Positions 36,703 through 49,814 are shown, counted from the whole stretch's first letter. The stretch: 63,367 bases of DNA, filler included, from Octopus bimaculoides (GCF_001194135.2; 6 parts of 5 records of this genome joined end to end with filler, not necessarily neighbours in it); one strand, 5' to 3'. Translations and numbers: made by a program. Notes: generated from the letters alone by a model not told the origin.

Positions 36703-37113
36703 TAGGGTGAGTCAGTTTTTTTAAAGTCTTTTGTATAAATTTACAACGAGACGCATAGCTCATCAAAGAAAAGCTATATTTGAAATCAAATTGGTACAAA
36801 TAATCTTGAAAATTTTCTATCACTCCTATTGAACGAATCCACAATTAGGACCAATAGCCGCTTCAATACGGGATCGAAAGCGTTGGCATAACAGAATCAG
36901 ATTATTTTTTATCAATTTTGGACATAGTGCTGGTTATGGCAGATTTGAGAGAATGTATGGTGTAATGGAATGTTGATTGACCTCTCTCTCAACTTGGTGG
37001 CCTGTTCTAACAAGACTCTACACCGTCTCATAAGACAAGGTCAACTAAAGCTTAGCTGTGTACCAATCTCCATTATAATGTTCTCCCGGACATATGGGCT
37101 TCTAGCTCAGCAG

Positions 37114-37153
<40 letters not shown>

Positions 37154-37566
37154 GTATACCTTTTGGTGTCTTAACTTGATTAGCAAGCGCTTTCATGTAT
37201 TGAACGTTTCTCTTGTCACATCCAACATAAACTGACCTCTCCGCATCACATACTTGATTTTTTCATACACAACTGTTCTTCTGATTCGTAATGAAACCTT
37301 GCGGTCCTTTGACTTTCAGGGATTTTGTCGATTATTTCTGGAAGTTTTTGTACAAGTTCTGGTGGTATTGGAACTCTGTGCACGCGTTTGCATTTAGCTG
37401 TTTATGTTGGATCTCTGTCAGCTGCTTCCAGCTCCTCCCCAACTTTGACAACGAAGGATCGGGCAGCTTTTTATGAAGCGAGCTACTCTGCATCATTATG
37501 CTATGCTTTTAAGGCAACGATTAAAGCGTGCCTTTTCATTTGCTGAGTCACCCTGATGTTTGACAT
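36703..37566 (-). mobile_element. Tc1/mariner maT/DD37D-like transposase remnant, catalytic core largely deleted
   Basis: MSNIRVTQQMKRHALIVALKA...ARSFVVKV, YVMRRGQFM (37226-37253), VEREVNQ (36972-36993) and RFRSRIEAAI..GF (36859-36882). The end ta|tagggtgagtc is at 36701-36713. The middle is replaced by (CT)n. Confidence 0.82.
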
Positions 37567-37654
37567 CATTTATGTAAAAATGTAAGGCAAAAAAATAAAT
37601 AATAATAGTAATAATGAATTAGAAGAAAGTTAGAGCGCTTAAAAGAGGTGTCCT

Positions 37655-37695
<41 letters not shown>

Positions 37696-37697
37696 CT

Positions 37698-37935
37698 GAT
37701 ACTCCCTCGGTTACGACGACAAGAGTTTCGGTTGATCTGATCAACAGAACAGCCTGCTCCTGAAATTAACGTGCAAGTGGCTGATCACCACACTTACACG
37801 CGTACCCTTAATGTAAATTTAGCGTGACACAGACTGAACAAGGCTGGACTCTTGAAATATAGACACTACTCAGTTTTGCTAGCTGAGTGGACAGAAGCAA
37901 CGTGAAATAAAGTGTCTTGTTCCAGGACACAACAT
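37698..37935 (-). mobile_element. SINE family C
   Basis: ctagctgagtggacagaagcaacgtgaaataaagtgtcttgttccaggacacaac is the reverse complement of the CORE-like region. Confidence 0.8.
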
Positions 37936-38602
37936 GTCTAGTGTTAATGACAAACATTACAGGCTCTGGGGTTAATAGTTTTTATTCCTTGGACGAACAA
38001 TCAGAAGGTAGTCCATGAACATCTACATATGATAAAATTCTTCATTTTATAAAATTCAAAATTATCCAGATATTGGATTCTAAGAAAATACAAGAATTTT
38101 GTTAACAGAAATCGTATGGAAGTCCATCGCACAAACCGTTCCAATCCTGCCTTTCCGTTGTAGACTTAAACTGTCGCTCCTTTTAAACCCAACGTCTGAC
38201 TTTTGGATAATTTTATCTGATTATCTGCTGCCAGAATACGATCCATGCCTCCAGTCTGAGGATAACTTCTCCCTTCTTCCTATCAGGCTAAAATATTTAA
38301 AAGGATTCATTGGTTTTCTCCTGTTCCTCAAGCCAAATAAACCTGATACATCCTGTGTGATTGTATCCATTAGATGTATCCTACGTTCGTAAGTAATCCA
38401 CTGTCTATTTCTATGCCTACTATATAGCCTAAGTATCTGTATGGGTTCAATGCATCCTGCTTATTTCTACATGTATATATGTAATTTGAGTGCCTGAATG
38501 TGTTCAATGTTCCAATTCTATCTGTATATATACAAGCTCTCTCTACTTGTTTGTATGTATCATACATCTATATGCGTAAGAATGTGTTGTGTGCGCGTGC
38601 GC

Positions 38603-38638
<36 letters not shown>

Positions 38639-38990
38639 GATGTACCCTGTCAAGTATTCTGTCAACTATCACTTCAAGCCGCAACACAAAATATGAAAAT
38701 ACGAAAATAAAAATGAGAAAGAATGAAAAACATCAGTAAAAATAAGAATTTCAAAGAATTATAAAAGAAAGCTAGCGCAAAAGAAAGCTAGCGTTTGGAG
38801 GAGAAACGTAAAATAAAAGAAATATAAACCAACTTCCTACATGTAATTTCGTTTTGCGCAGCAACTTTTTCCGTTTTCTCTATATTTCCTTTCTAAAATA
38901 TGTACATGTTGATATATATATATACATATACATAGATACACACACAGAGATCATGTGTATATGTGTATATATGTATGTATGTATGTATGT

Positions 38991-39089
<99 letters not shown>

Positions 39090-39184
39090 GCATGTGTGTA
39101 CATGTTTATTCATTGTAGTTAAATGGTAATTTCTTGTTTGTATTAGAACTATGACAATGTCTTGACATATGCTATAATCGATTC

Positions 39185-39295
39185 GATGGAACCAGAACTT
39201 GACTGGTATTATTTTATCGATTCCATAAATTATTTCGAACTTTCTGCAAGGTCAAATGTGGTAGATGCCAGCTCGGATCAGAACATCGAGAGAAG
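39185..39295 (-). mobile_element. SINE family B fragment
   Basis: actggtattattttatcgat matches the family B central motif in reverse. Confidence 0.55.
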
Positions 39296-40399
39296 TAATC
39301 AAATAATACAAAGTATTGTGTCAGTCACTCTACCAATTCTGCGACCTACCACTACATATTACATATAAACAAGAACAATTTCCACAGGTATACGAAACAC
39401 TATTTAGAACAATTTTGAAACCTTCATGTGATTTCTTGCTCTTTCATAAATAGAAGTCTAATCATCATTAAACGCCCATGTTATCCTGTGTAATAAGGTA
39501 TACTGGGTAAGTTGGTCCTAAATACACTATATGTAAAAAAAGAAATAACATGATGGTCACGTGCAAATTAATCATAGATCTGATCTGTCAAAGTTCACTT
39601 AGACTAAATATTATCGACATCGATATTTTCTAAAATTACCAAGGTTTCTTTTATATAGCATTGCTTTTTTTAAAAAAATAACCCGTATTATGTTCAGTGT
39701 ATAAATATACTGAACAGATTACGTTGGCGAGTTAGAGTTTAAATATCTGCTAAATCTGCAAAATTTCGAAATGGAAAAAAATTAAGAAAATCGTATTTTG
39801 CTGAACAGCCATTGTTGAAAAAGAAAATGGCCTTCTTAGCTCTGTAGATCTGAATTACCAGAGTTGGCACTCAATCAAGCAATCAAGTGGGATAAAAAAA
39901 AAAGTGATGCACCTAACTTTTTAGTTGTTCGAAGAATGATAGAAATGATGCATAAGAGAAGCCGCAATTATAATTTAGTTTTAGCTTTGTTTCTCTGTTT
40001 AGTTTTGTGTCTAGAAAGATAACTGGTGAAAAACACGATAGAAATGATATTAAGATATCTATTCCTATATATCACTGATTTCTGTTGTTGATGTTCTAGT
40101 TATTATTTCTATTTCCTTAATCACACTAGATCAAGAAGAGCATTGGTAAAATGTGTTCTGATTGTGAACGTTTTGTCTTTTCTGGTTATATTTTTACTAT
40201 TGTAGGTTTAGATATAAAGTAAATTTGGCGGTTGTTTATAGAAGAATGAGTGAACTCGCTGACTCCTGACTGCGTAAAAGCTGCCGTTCTTACTGGTTTT
40301 GAAACTTCACACAAGATCCTTCTAAGCCATGGACTGTACTGCATTTGAATAAAGATCAGTGCTTGTGTATATACATGACGGAGGAAAATATTGAGTGGC

Positions 40400-40560
40400 T
40401 TTTTTTTACCACAGTTGTGCGTGATACAGCGTACTTTCTGTCATGCTCTCCTGATACATATACCAAATTTTCTTAGAAATTATGTGAGAATGCTGCCTCT
40501 TCCAAAGTAGTGTCCCAGTTTGCATCATCTTCTAAGAGGCACTTTCCTGTGTGAATCACT
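40400..40560 (-). mobile_element. Helitron Rep/helicase coding fragment
   Basis: LLEDDANWDTTLEEAAFS followed, after a deletion/frameshift, by KIWYMYQESMTE. This matches the Helitron motif GLLEDD.HWD.TL.EAA ... LW.KY..SM.ED. Confidence 0.65.
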
Positions 40561-40714
40561 CATCCACATAGTAAGCAATAGTTTTGAGGACATGGAATGA
40601 GGTTTAATCATGAATATTGTGCAGGAACTGTCTGAGATTAAAAATACGATACAAGTATTCATAATATGGCTTTTAAATTTTGGCGAAATATCAGCAATTT
40701 CGGTGGTAAGTAGA

Positions 40715-41108
40715 TTATGTCGACCTCAGTGTTCATCTGGTATTTATTTTATCAATCCCGACAGAATGAAAGACAAACTTGATCTCAGCGTAATTTGAAC
40801 TCCGAAGGTAAAGACCGCCGAAATGCCGCTAACCGTTTTACTTGGCGTGCTAACAATTCCGTCAGCATGCTGTTTTAATTCCATATAAACAATATTGGTT
40901 TCAAATTTTGGTTCAAGGCCAGCAGTTTCGGGACGAGACTAAGTCGGTTACATCGATCCCAATACTCTACTGTACATGTTTTATCAAACTCCGAAAAGAT
41001 GAGAGGCAAAGTTGAACTAGACGAAATTTGAACTCAAAACGTAAAGACAGGCGAAATGTTGCTAAGCATTTTGTTGGGTGTACTAACGATTCTGTCAGCT
41101 CACCGCTT
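40715..41108 (-). mobile_element. Two tandem family B SINEs (about 40715-40870 and about 40888-41108)
   Basis: Both have atttgaactc...gtaaagac...gaaatg..gctaa...gctaac.attc.gtcagc. The second has a full 3' end (tttcaaattttggttcaaggccagc). Confidence 0.85.
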
Positions 41109-42478
41109 TAATTTCATACAAACAATATTGAGAATATATAGCGGAATACAGTCGATATTAATATTCCTCATTTCTCATAACTTCAAAAAGTTAATACATG
41201 ATTTCCAATATTATATTAGTCAGAAAATATTTTATTCTTTCATTGTTACTCGCTTAAATTTAGTCATATTTCTAAACTATAGTTCAATCGGTGATTTGTT
41301 TTTATAGAATTTTAAATAAATTCGAACGTTATAGAAATTAGCAGCCCGACTTATAGAGAATAAAAGCTGATTATTTAAAAAATATGAACATTGTCCATCT
41401 GTGAAACCATGAAAGACTAAAATGTTTCTGTCTTTTATGGAGCTTGAAAGGGTGTACAAAATTTTCGAAGAAATAACTCATACATGTGCAGTTTTAATAA
41501 CGACCGTTTTCCAAATATTTGGTTTCTTTTTCCTTCTATCATAACCTCTCCATGATGATTTTATATNNNNNNNNNNNNNNNNNNNNNNNNNNNNNNNNNN
41601 NNNNNNNNNNNNNNNNNNNNNNNNNNNNNNNNNNNNNNNNNNNNNNNNNNNNNNNNNNNNNNNNNNNNNNNNNNNNNNNNNNNNNNNNNNNNNNNNNNNN
41701 NNNNNNNNNNNNNNNNNNNNNNNNNNNNNNNNNNNNNNNNNNNNNNNNNNNNNNNNNNNNNNNNNNNNNNNNNNNNNNNNNNNNNNNNNNNNNNNNNNNN
41801 NNNNNNNNNNNNNNNNNNNNNNNNNNNNNNNNTATATATATAACGAAGCATTAGCTCCAAGCAGTGTTTAGGTATGAGCACATTTTAGGTTAGTTGAAAT
41901 ATGTTTGTCACATATTTCAACTGCTAAAGGCAAATATGCTGCAGTTACTGTGGGGAAAAATCAGTCTTATGGTAAAAAGGTGTGAAAACACCTATTTCGT
42001 TCAGTGTCACTATCTCTTAGGAATCTCAAACATCGATGTTTCGAGTATTTTGACTCTTGTCAATGAGAAGTACCTAAGAGAGACAACTCTGAACGAACTA
42101 AATAAAGCTTGTAGTTTTATATATAATTCCAGCAACACGTTGACTGATTTGCGCTAGTATTCGCGTTGGTACTAATTTTTGGTTAAATCACTTGTGATTC
42201 TGAAGTAAGTTGTTTGTTGCTGTATGGAGGTGCCCAATAATAGATGTAAATACCTTTTATATGACGAGAAAATCGGACCCCAGAAATATCCACACCCGGA
42301 TATGCATGCATGTATGTATGTATTATGTCTTTATGCATTTATGTATGTATGTATCTATGTGCATACATATATATATGCATACATATAAGCATGCATATGC
42401 GCGCGCACACACGCACACACTCACACATACATATACAGGCGCAGTGATTTAGTAGACGGAAACTAAAAGACGCTCGTC

Positions 42479-42510
<32 letters not shown>

Positions 42511-42894
42511 NNNNNNNNNNAAAGACGCTCGTCGTATATATATATATATAATCAAAATAATTCCTAACAACACTCTGACCTCAATAGGCTTCATGCGATT
42601 CTTCGACGTGCAGTCTATTTTTAGCTACAATAGCGACAGCATGAATTTCTTCCATCTTCTTGGTGTGTTAAAATATTAGAAAAAAATTATATTAATGTGT
42701 CTTATTTGTTAAAATTCTATATATTTTATTTGTGCAACTGAAGATGGCACTGCATTCATATTGATATAATGATTGCATTGTTCAATTAAATTGAGCCGCT
42801 TGAAACGGTCGTACTGCATCACGACTTGATATCCTCTTGATTAATTTGATTTTATTCACCTTCGAGCTGTGCGGATAATACCGAACTGAGCTGG

Positions 42895-42936
42895 TGCTTC
42901 AACTTAAGTACCTAATTAAACTGAATCTCAATTATT

Positions 42937-43027
<91 letters not shown>

Positions 43028-43064
43028 GTAAGATCCAGCTGAATTAGGTACTTAAATTGAAGCA
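42895..43064. mobile_element. MITE-like inverted repeat enclosing a microsatellite
   Basis: tgcttcaacttaagtacctaattaaactgaatct (42895-42928) versus the reverse complement of 43031-43064. A third, single arm-like copy lies at about 54878-54912. Confidence 0.75.
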
Positions 43065-43596
43065 TCTCGTTAGGTCTGAATAATATACAAACACAGCTAC
43101 TGTCAACTGAAATAGTACCAGATTGACTGTAAGTGTTTTGGCTCCGCGGATTTTAAACTTGGTCAAATCTTTCGGATCTCCTTTATGCTAAAATACGTTA
43201 TGCTAAAATACGAAATATTTAACTGGAATAAGATTGAAACCTATGTAACTGCATTGCTGCATTTCGCATCTATTTGTCCTTCACGGTGGTACTCCAGCAT
43301 GACCGTAGCCGCATGGCTGAAGTGAATAAAATCTACACACATACACACACACACACGTGCGCGCCTGTGTGTGTGTAGTGTATGAATGTGTACTTTTCGT
43401 TTTTAGACTAGTCTCAGCAAACTTGTAATCAATCGAGTGAAAGAGTTGGTATAGTGCAGTAATTGGATAGGCATGTAGCATTCTAGTCTTTTGGGGTTTT
43501 AACTTTTTAGCAAGCGCTGTAGACAACACAGTATGGTGTACAGGTTTGTCGGATTACTGCAGTACCTGAGAGATTGAAACTTGATTTAACTTGCTT

Positions 43597-43989
43597 AGAC
43601 AAGAGCCGACATACTGTTTTCCTTTTGAAAGACATACAATGCTGCGCAACTATGGCTCCTACAGGCGATGGACATGGTTTTGGTTACTCAAACATTTTTG
43701 GCAAGTAAGTCACCATTACAACTTCCAGCCTCCCTGAATCGCTTTTCTTAACTCCACTAAGTTTTACTCTAAGGTGACATAAGACCTGCCCATATCATTG
43801 GTTGACCGGCAATTAAGCGAGTACTGGATGTAAACATAGAAAAATATAAAAACCAATATAAAACCAATTCTATGACGAAACAATTTTTGCAGTATTGAGA
43901 CAAGAGCCGACATGCAGTTTTCCTTTTGAAATGCTGCGCAACTATGGCTCATACAAGTGATGGACATGGTTTTAGTTACTCAAACATTT
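43597..43989. repeat. About 100-bp direct duplication with about 300-bp period
   Basis: 43597-43697 versus 43898-43989: agacaagagccgacat...gctgcgcaactatggctc...gatggacatggtttt.gttactcaaacattt, with one internal indel and few substitutions. Confidence 0.9.
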
Positions 43990-44716
43990 AAGATTTCTTA
44001 CAGATACATGCGTTTTCACACACACACACATGCATGTAATCATTATGCTTTCGAAATAGGGTGAACAGCGATGTAGTTCTTATCTTTTCATTGCATAGAT
44101 ATTTAAGTAAAATGATTTGAAATTTTATAGACTTTAATGTATGCATTAAGTAGCATTGACTTTATTAACTATGGCAGGAAATTGCTCGAAATACGGAAGG
44201 TCGGACAGAATACTGTCTCATGACATCAATTCCTCCTATTTAAAGCTATATTCGCCAAAGGTGAAAGAAGAGGGAGAAGCATGTTCTCTTTGATGTTATC
44301 AATATCATTTTTGTCTATCTATGCGTTTGTAACGTATAGGTTGTGATATACAGAGGATTTGACGCTTATCTCTGATCGGCCTTCCCTCTTTGATCTGATC
44401 ATAGTGATCTCATATGCAGATCGTTCTTAGTGCGTTAATGAGCACAGTATAACGTATGGTGAACCATCGATGCGACTACCAACTCAGAAACAAAGGTTTT
44501 CCAAAATCACATCACAATACGTCTCATATTACATATTCTTAGTATCTAGCACATGAATTCACAGAAATTTGTTGGTGTTTGTTATATATGGGATCAAAAA
44601 TACGTTACCACATAGATAGATATGCGCGCGCGTGTGTGCATGCGCGCGCGCGCGTGTGCATGCGTGTGTGAGTGTGTGCGTGTGGATGTGTGTATGTATG
44701 TGTGTGTGTGTGTGTG

Positions 44717-44915
44717 CTTGGAGGCGTGTGGTCTAGTGGTTGGTGTGTCTTGCACTCATGATCGTAAGACGTATTGTGTTCTTGAGCAAAACACTTTATT
44801 TCACAATGCACCTGTACACTCAGCCAGCAAGAATGAGAAATAATGCGGTGGGCCGGTTTCCCGTCCAGGGAGATAAATACATACACTGGACCGCAAAAGG
44901 AACACGAGACGTGTC
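44717..44915 (+). mobile_element. SINE family C
   Basis: ggaggcgtgtggtctagtggtt...ttgtgttcttgagcaaaacactttatttcac...cactcagc. Confidence 0.8.
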
Positions 44916-45036
44916 TGACTGTGAAATATGTTTTAATTTCATTATGTCAGAGATATATTTTGATAAATTTGATACAGTCAATTTTTTCAATGCACTTTGT
45001 CTATGAATCGCTGTCATGTAGGACGTGACATGTGCA

Positions 45037-45859
45037 ATACCGTGTACACCCTCCCTGGGTATTCAAAACGGCCATACAACCTCGGTACATGGAGTGCAGG
45101 AGGCGGTTTACAAAAGCCATTGGCCCTTATGCCCACACCCTGAGGAAAGCTGCCTCAGGTTCCACATGAGTTGTCGGCCTTGGGACAACCTGGTTCAGCT
45201 GTATCTGGATTTCATCTCATAGGGGTTCAACTGGGTTCAAATCAGGGCTGAGTGCCGGCCACAGCATGGTTCTGATGTTGTGCTGACACAGAAAGTTCAT
45301 GGTGACCTTGGCCATGTGGGAGGGAGACATATGACTATGGTGACGCGTGAAGGGCACGATGTGAGGTCTTAGGATCTGGTTAACGTAGCGCTGGGCTGTG
45401 ATGCCATTCCCTCTGTCTGCACCAACGTTTTGGAAAACATGGGGCTCAGTTCCCTGATTTAGGCCAACAGCACCCCAAACCATGTTGCTTTGGCCACTCC
45501 AGGCGTCTCTCTCCATGACACATGCGTCTCAGCAGCGTTCAGCCGTCCTACGCCACACACTCACTCTGCCATCCGAGGTGGATACGCAGTACCGGCTCTC
45601 GTCAGAGAAGACTATTGACCTCCATTGTTGATGCCACAAACGTCGGAGGTGTTGCAGGTAGATGAAGCAGTCCTGCCTGGGCATGGTTACCCGGTGGCGC
45701 CATCTGCAGGTACGGTCTACAGTATTGTTAGTGTTGTTATATCACAGTTGCAGGCGATAGATGATGCTGACATTGTAAGCTTTCGCAACAACCAGGGCAC
45801 GCTGTCTTGCTTGCAATCAGCTGAAAGCTTATTCTCTGAGCGGCTGACAATCGGGTCAT
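45037..45859 (-). mobile_element. Tc1 (DD34E-type) transposase pseudogene with internal deletions
   Basis: MTRLSAAQR.. start at 45859, WRSIVFSDES (45596-45625), MVWGAV, ITAQRYVNQILRPHIVP, WPALSPDLNPVE (45226-45262) and GGCTRY end. The QDNA motif is missing. Confidence 0.9.
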
Positions 45860-46221
45860 ACTTGATGCGTCCAATTTACGAATTTATTTACACAAGCCAT
45901 AAAGGCCTAACACAGAGGGGACAACACAAGGACAGGCAAGACACTTATGTGGGGGGAAAATAAAGCGAATGAGCAGATGAAAGTGAAGAATGTATAATGG
46001 AATGACGGCAGCTCGAATCCCACGCTTCGAGCTCCCTCATTGAAATTTTTACAATTCGTTTTGGATTTCAAATTTTGTCCTTTTCTTTTTTTTAAAACTT
46101 TTCTTTAAGATATTTAAAGTGGTGAAGGTTGGCAGCCTCCAGAGATCCCTCATCCCAGGTGACCGTATTACTAACACCATCTTACCAATTCCTTCCTTCT
46201 TTTATCAGCAATAGTCTCTAT

Positions 46222-47165
46222 TTTTCTTTTTTTTTTTTTTTCAAAACGACTTACGTTTTACAATTAGTTCTGAATTTCAAATTGCGTCCTTTTTTTGTTA
46301 GTCTCTTTTACATCAAAAATCTTTTACAGCTTACGATTTCTCCATCAGTTGTTTTATTCTACTGACATCTTCCTTAATCCCTCTGGTCAATTCCTTTCCA
46401 CGCGTATCCATTATCAAGAAGTCATCTTCATTGGTTGGGGACTGGGGGTTTTGTGGCTCCTGTATGCATGTTTGTGTCACTGTAGGGTTAGCATTGGGGT
46501 CTATGCATGGAAGGGTAGGGTAGGGATGGTGTTTGCACGGATAAGGAGGGGAAAGGAGGTACTAGGTAGGGTGGGAGTAGTGTGGGGTTTTCCGTCACTA
46601 TTATTGGTCTTTCTTCTTTTGTTCCTCCTCTTCCTTGCTACCACTGTCCTTTCCTTTTCATTTTCAACCTGCCTCCAAGGTTCCTCATAGCATTTTGTTA
46701 CTCGATTTGCTGCCAAGACGGGTGGTTGCACGCTCTCCTTCGTTATAGTCTCCGTAACATTCGTAGGGGATGGAGTGCACTCAACCCTTATGTGGCCCTT
46801 TTGGCCGCACTTAAAACAACGAGGCCTCCTGCCCTCCACCATCATGTCCAATCTTTTTCCGCCTACCAGAATGGTATCAGCCATAATATCTAAATCTCTG
46901 GGACAGCCTGGACAATCACCTCGAGCCCCTGTCCCAGCCAGTTTCCCGCTTGTATCCTAGTTGCTTGAAGGATTGAAATTTTCTCCACGTCAAGAGTCAT
47001 TGCAGCCACCAGCCAGGCCACATTTAACTCCAGCGGGACCTCCTCCACTCTCAACTTGGTTACACGCCTTCCAATGTAAGTCGGCAAAAGCATCACTTCC
47101 TGTGGTTTCAGGGCTGTCACTGAGTGCTGCTTAGCTTTTTCCTGTCACTGAAATTTCACCTCAAT
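46222..47165 (-). mobile_element. Tx1/L1-clade ORF1p-like retroelement (RRM-like + CCHC knuckle), with no ORF2 and an A-rich 3' end
   Basis: LLPTYIGRRVTKLRVEEVP (RRM-like), then ...VEGRRPRCFKCGQKGHIRVEC (CX2CX4HX4C) and a basic RKRRNKRRK tract. The two ORFs join by restoring 1 nt at about 46890. An A13GA5-like tract lies on the minus strand at about 46222-46241. Confidence 0.72.
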
Positions 47166-47166
47166 C

Positions 47167-47401
47167 GACGACCGCTTATTTATAATCACTACAATTGCTT
47201 CCACGCAACGTAGTTCTTCAGGTTAGCAGGTACTTGGTTGTTTAACCGTTTCCTTGCATTATCAGCTGATATTCATATATCACCTGTTGAAACACAAGTT
47301 CTCATAATGCAGGGAAACGGTTACATAACCAAATACCTGCGAACCTGGAGAACTACGCTGCGTGGAAACAATTGTAGTGATCACAATTGAATGTCCGTCT
47401 G
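47167..47401. mobile_element. Palindromic MITE-like foldback (78-bp core arms, 41-nt loop)
   Basis: 47185-47262 versus the reverse complement of 47304-47381 is 70/78 identical and ungapped (hand count), with weaker extension to 47167/47399. The right end ...cgtctg|ta resembles a Tc1/mariner TA|CAG end. Confidence 0.88.
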
Positions 47402-47434
47402 TAATCCTTCTTGCAGACTCTAACTTATTAAATT

Positions 47435-47486
<52 letters not shown>

Positions 47487-47795
47487 NNNNNNNNNNNNNN
47501 NNNNNNNNNNNNNNNNNNNNNNNNNNNNNNNNNNNNNNNNNNNNNNNNNNNNNNNNNNNNNNNNNNNNNNNNNNNNNNNNNNNNNNNNNNNNNNNNNNNN
47601 NNNNNNNNNNNNNNNNNNNNNNNNNNNNNNNNNNNNNNNNNNNNNNNNNNNNNNNNNNNNNNNNNNNNNNNNNNNNNNNNNNNNNNNNNNNNNNNNNNNN
47701 NNNNNNNNNNNNNNNNNNNNNNNNNNNNNNNNNNNNNNNNNNNNNNNNNNNNNNNNNNNNNNNNNNNNNNNATATATATATATATATATATATAT

Positions 47796-47828
<33 letters not shown>

Positions 47829-48304
47829 TTTACGGCCGAGTTAATATGCATAATTTAAACATTGATGAGCTAAGAGAAATAACTCAGACTGGCTAGTGAC
47901 ATATATTTATATAGCAAATACAATTACATATATATCAAACTGGATAACTGTCGTGCTAATGACGGCTATTGAGCCCTTTGCTTCTCCTTTTCCTTCATGG
48001 CATGCCAGCATTGAACAATTCCTCAAATTTAAGATTATTTCGCCGTCTCAAGTAGAGCTAGTCATATTTGTCATTTGGCAATTCTGATATATCTTCTAGT
48101 GTCTGAATATCTAGTTTTAGAAAATCAAGAATTCATGCTGTATTGTATCTGATAAGCCTGTATTTGTCTATGATGTTCAAGTACATGCCACTCACCACTC
48201 CTAGTTCTTTCTCTCAGATAACTTTTGCTTTATATTATACCGATGTATCTAATACGGATATCCATAAGCATAGGTAGAACCGATTAGAAAACATACAGAA
48301 CCTA

Positions 48305-48335
<31 letters not shown>

Positions 48336-48457
48336 TACACACACACACACACGCACACACACACAAACGTACACACACACAAACGTACACACACACGCGC
48401 ACACGCACACACAAACGTACACACACACTCTCTCTCTTTCTCACACAAACATATATA

Positions 48458-48541
48458 GAAGAAGAAGAAGAAGAAGAAGAAGAAGAAGAAGAAGAAGAAG
48501 AAGAAGAAGAAGAAGAACAACAACAACAACAACAACAACAC
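48458..48541. repeat. (GAA)n followed by (CAA)n
   Basis: Seen directly. Confidence 0.95.
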
Positions 48542-48933
48542 AAGTGGAGTTTAACTTTCACAAAAGCTGTTTCAGTAGCAGTTTTATTTTCGTGATGATA
48601 TATTTTGATTACTACGATTACATCATGAAGAATATCCGCTATCATCAGGTGATATTAAACATGGATGTGAAAAGTAAATTCAAATCAACTCGCATTGCTA
48701 ATGCTTGGCAAAGCGCGTCGATTTGAATTTTCTCTTCACACCCACTTTTAAAATCACCTGAAGATTGTGGATACTCTTCATGGTGTAATCGTAGTGATCG
48801 CACAATTAGATCACTAAAATAAAATTGATGCTGAAAATTTAGTCACACGCGTGTTCTTCCTTCATATAAGCGTCAACCTAGAACCATCCCTATGTTGATT
48901 GGATCCATAACTTGTATTCGACCGAGAGACTAC

Positions 48934-48986
<53 letters not shown>

Positions 48987-48989
48987 CAC

Positions 48990-49067
<78 letters not shown>

Positions 49068-49776
49068 GCATATATATATGTNNNNNNNNNNNNNNNNNNN
49101 NNNNNNNNNNNNNNNNNNNNNNNNNNNNNNNNNNNNNNNNNNNNNNNNNNNNNNNNNNNNNNNNNNNNNNNNNNNNNNNNNNNNNNNNNNNNNNNNNNNN
49201 NNNNNNNNNNNNNNNNNNNNNNNNNNNNNNNNNNNNNNNNNNNNNNNNNNNNNNNNNNNNNNNNNNNNNNNNNNNNNNNNNNNNNNNNNNNNNNNNNNNN
49301 NNNNNNNNNNNNNNNNNNNNNNNNNNNNNNNNNNNNNNNNNTATATATATATATATATATATATACGCATGATACAGCTATGTAAAAATAATACCGGAAT
49401 CCTAACGGATCCTACAACTGGCTGATTATATATGAATACTCAACTGCTAATATGCCGTATATCGTGTCTTTGTATATATTCTCCGTCCATGAAGTGTTTG
49501 TCTAGTTTCCCGTTTGCTCTGCTTTCGTCTAACTCTTTCTCCTAGTTGTGTTCTCTCTGTTCAATCTTTGATACATCCATGTTGCGCAACGCAACCCTCT
49601 TTGTTTACTTTATTGTAAAAACATTTCTAGAATATTTATTGTGCGACTCTTAACTATTTGCTCTTACTCGATCTCTATTCACCTCTACTCTTAGTCTATC
49701 GTTTCTCCACTCTTACTCTCTCTTCCCACATTTGCTTGCCTTGTATCGCAACAGTCCTTATACTTATTGATCAGAT

Positions 49777-49814
<38 letters not shown>

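Noticed and set aside
37541-37555. Apparent TIR partner (cagggtgactcag) for the 36703 end
   Set aside because: It falls inside the transposase start (..IRVTQQMKRH..) and is not followed by TA, so the resemblance is coincidental.
40240-40300. VNSLTPDCVKAAVLTG on the + strand, like the PIF1 helicase motif VKKL..NVIEA.ILTG
   Set aside because: Too short, opposite in orientation to the Helitron fragment, and the expected upstream LCNGTRL is absent.
42466-42542. Direct repeat aaagacgctcgtcgtatata on both sides of a 10-N gap
   Set aside because: Typical overlapping-contig artefact across an (AT)n, not a real duplication.
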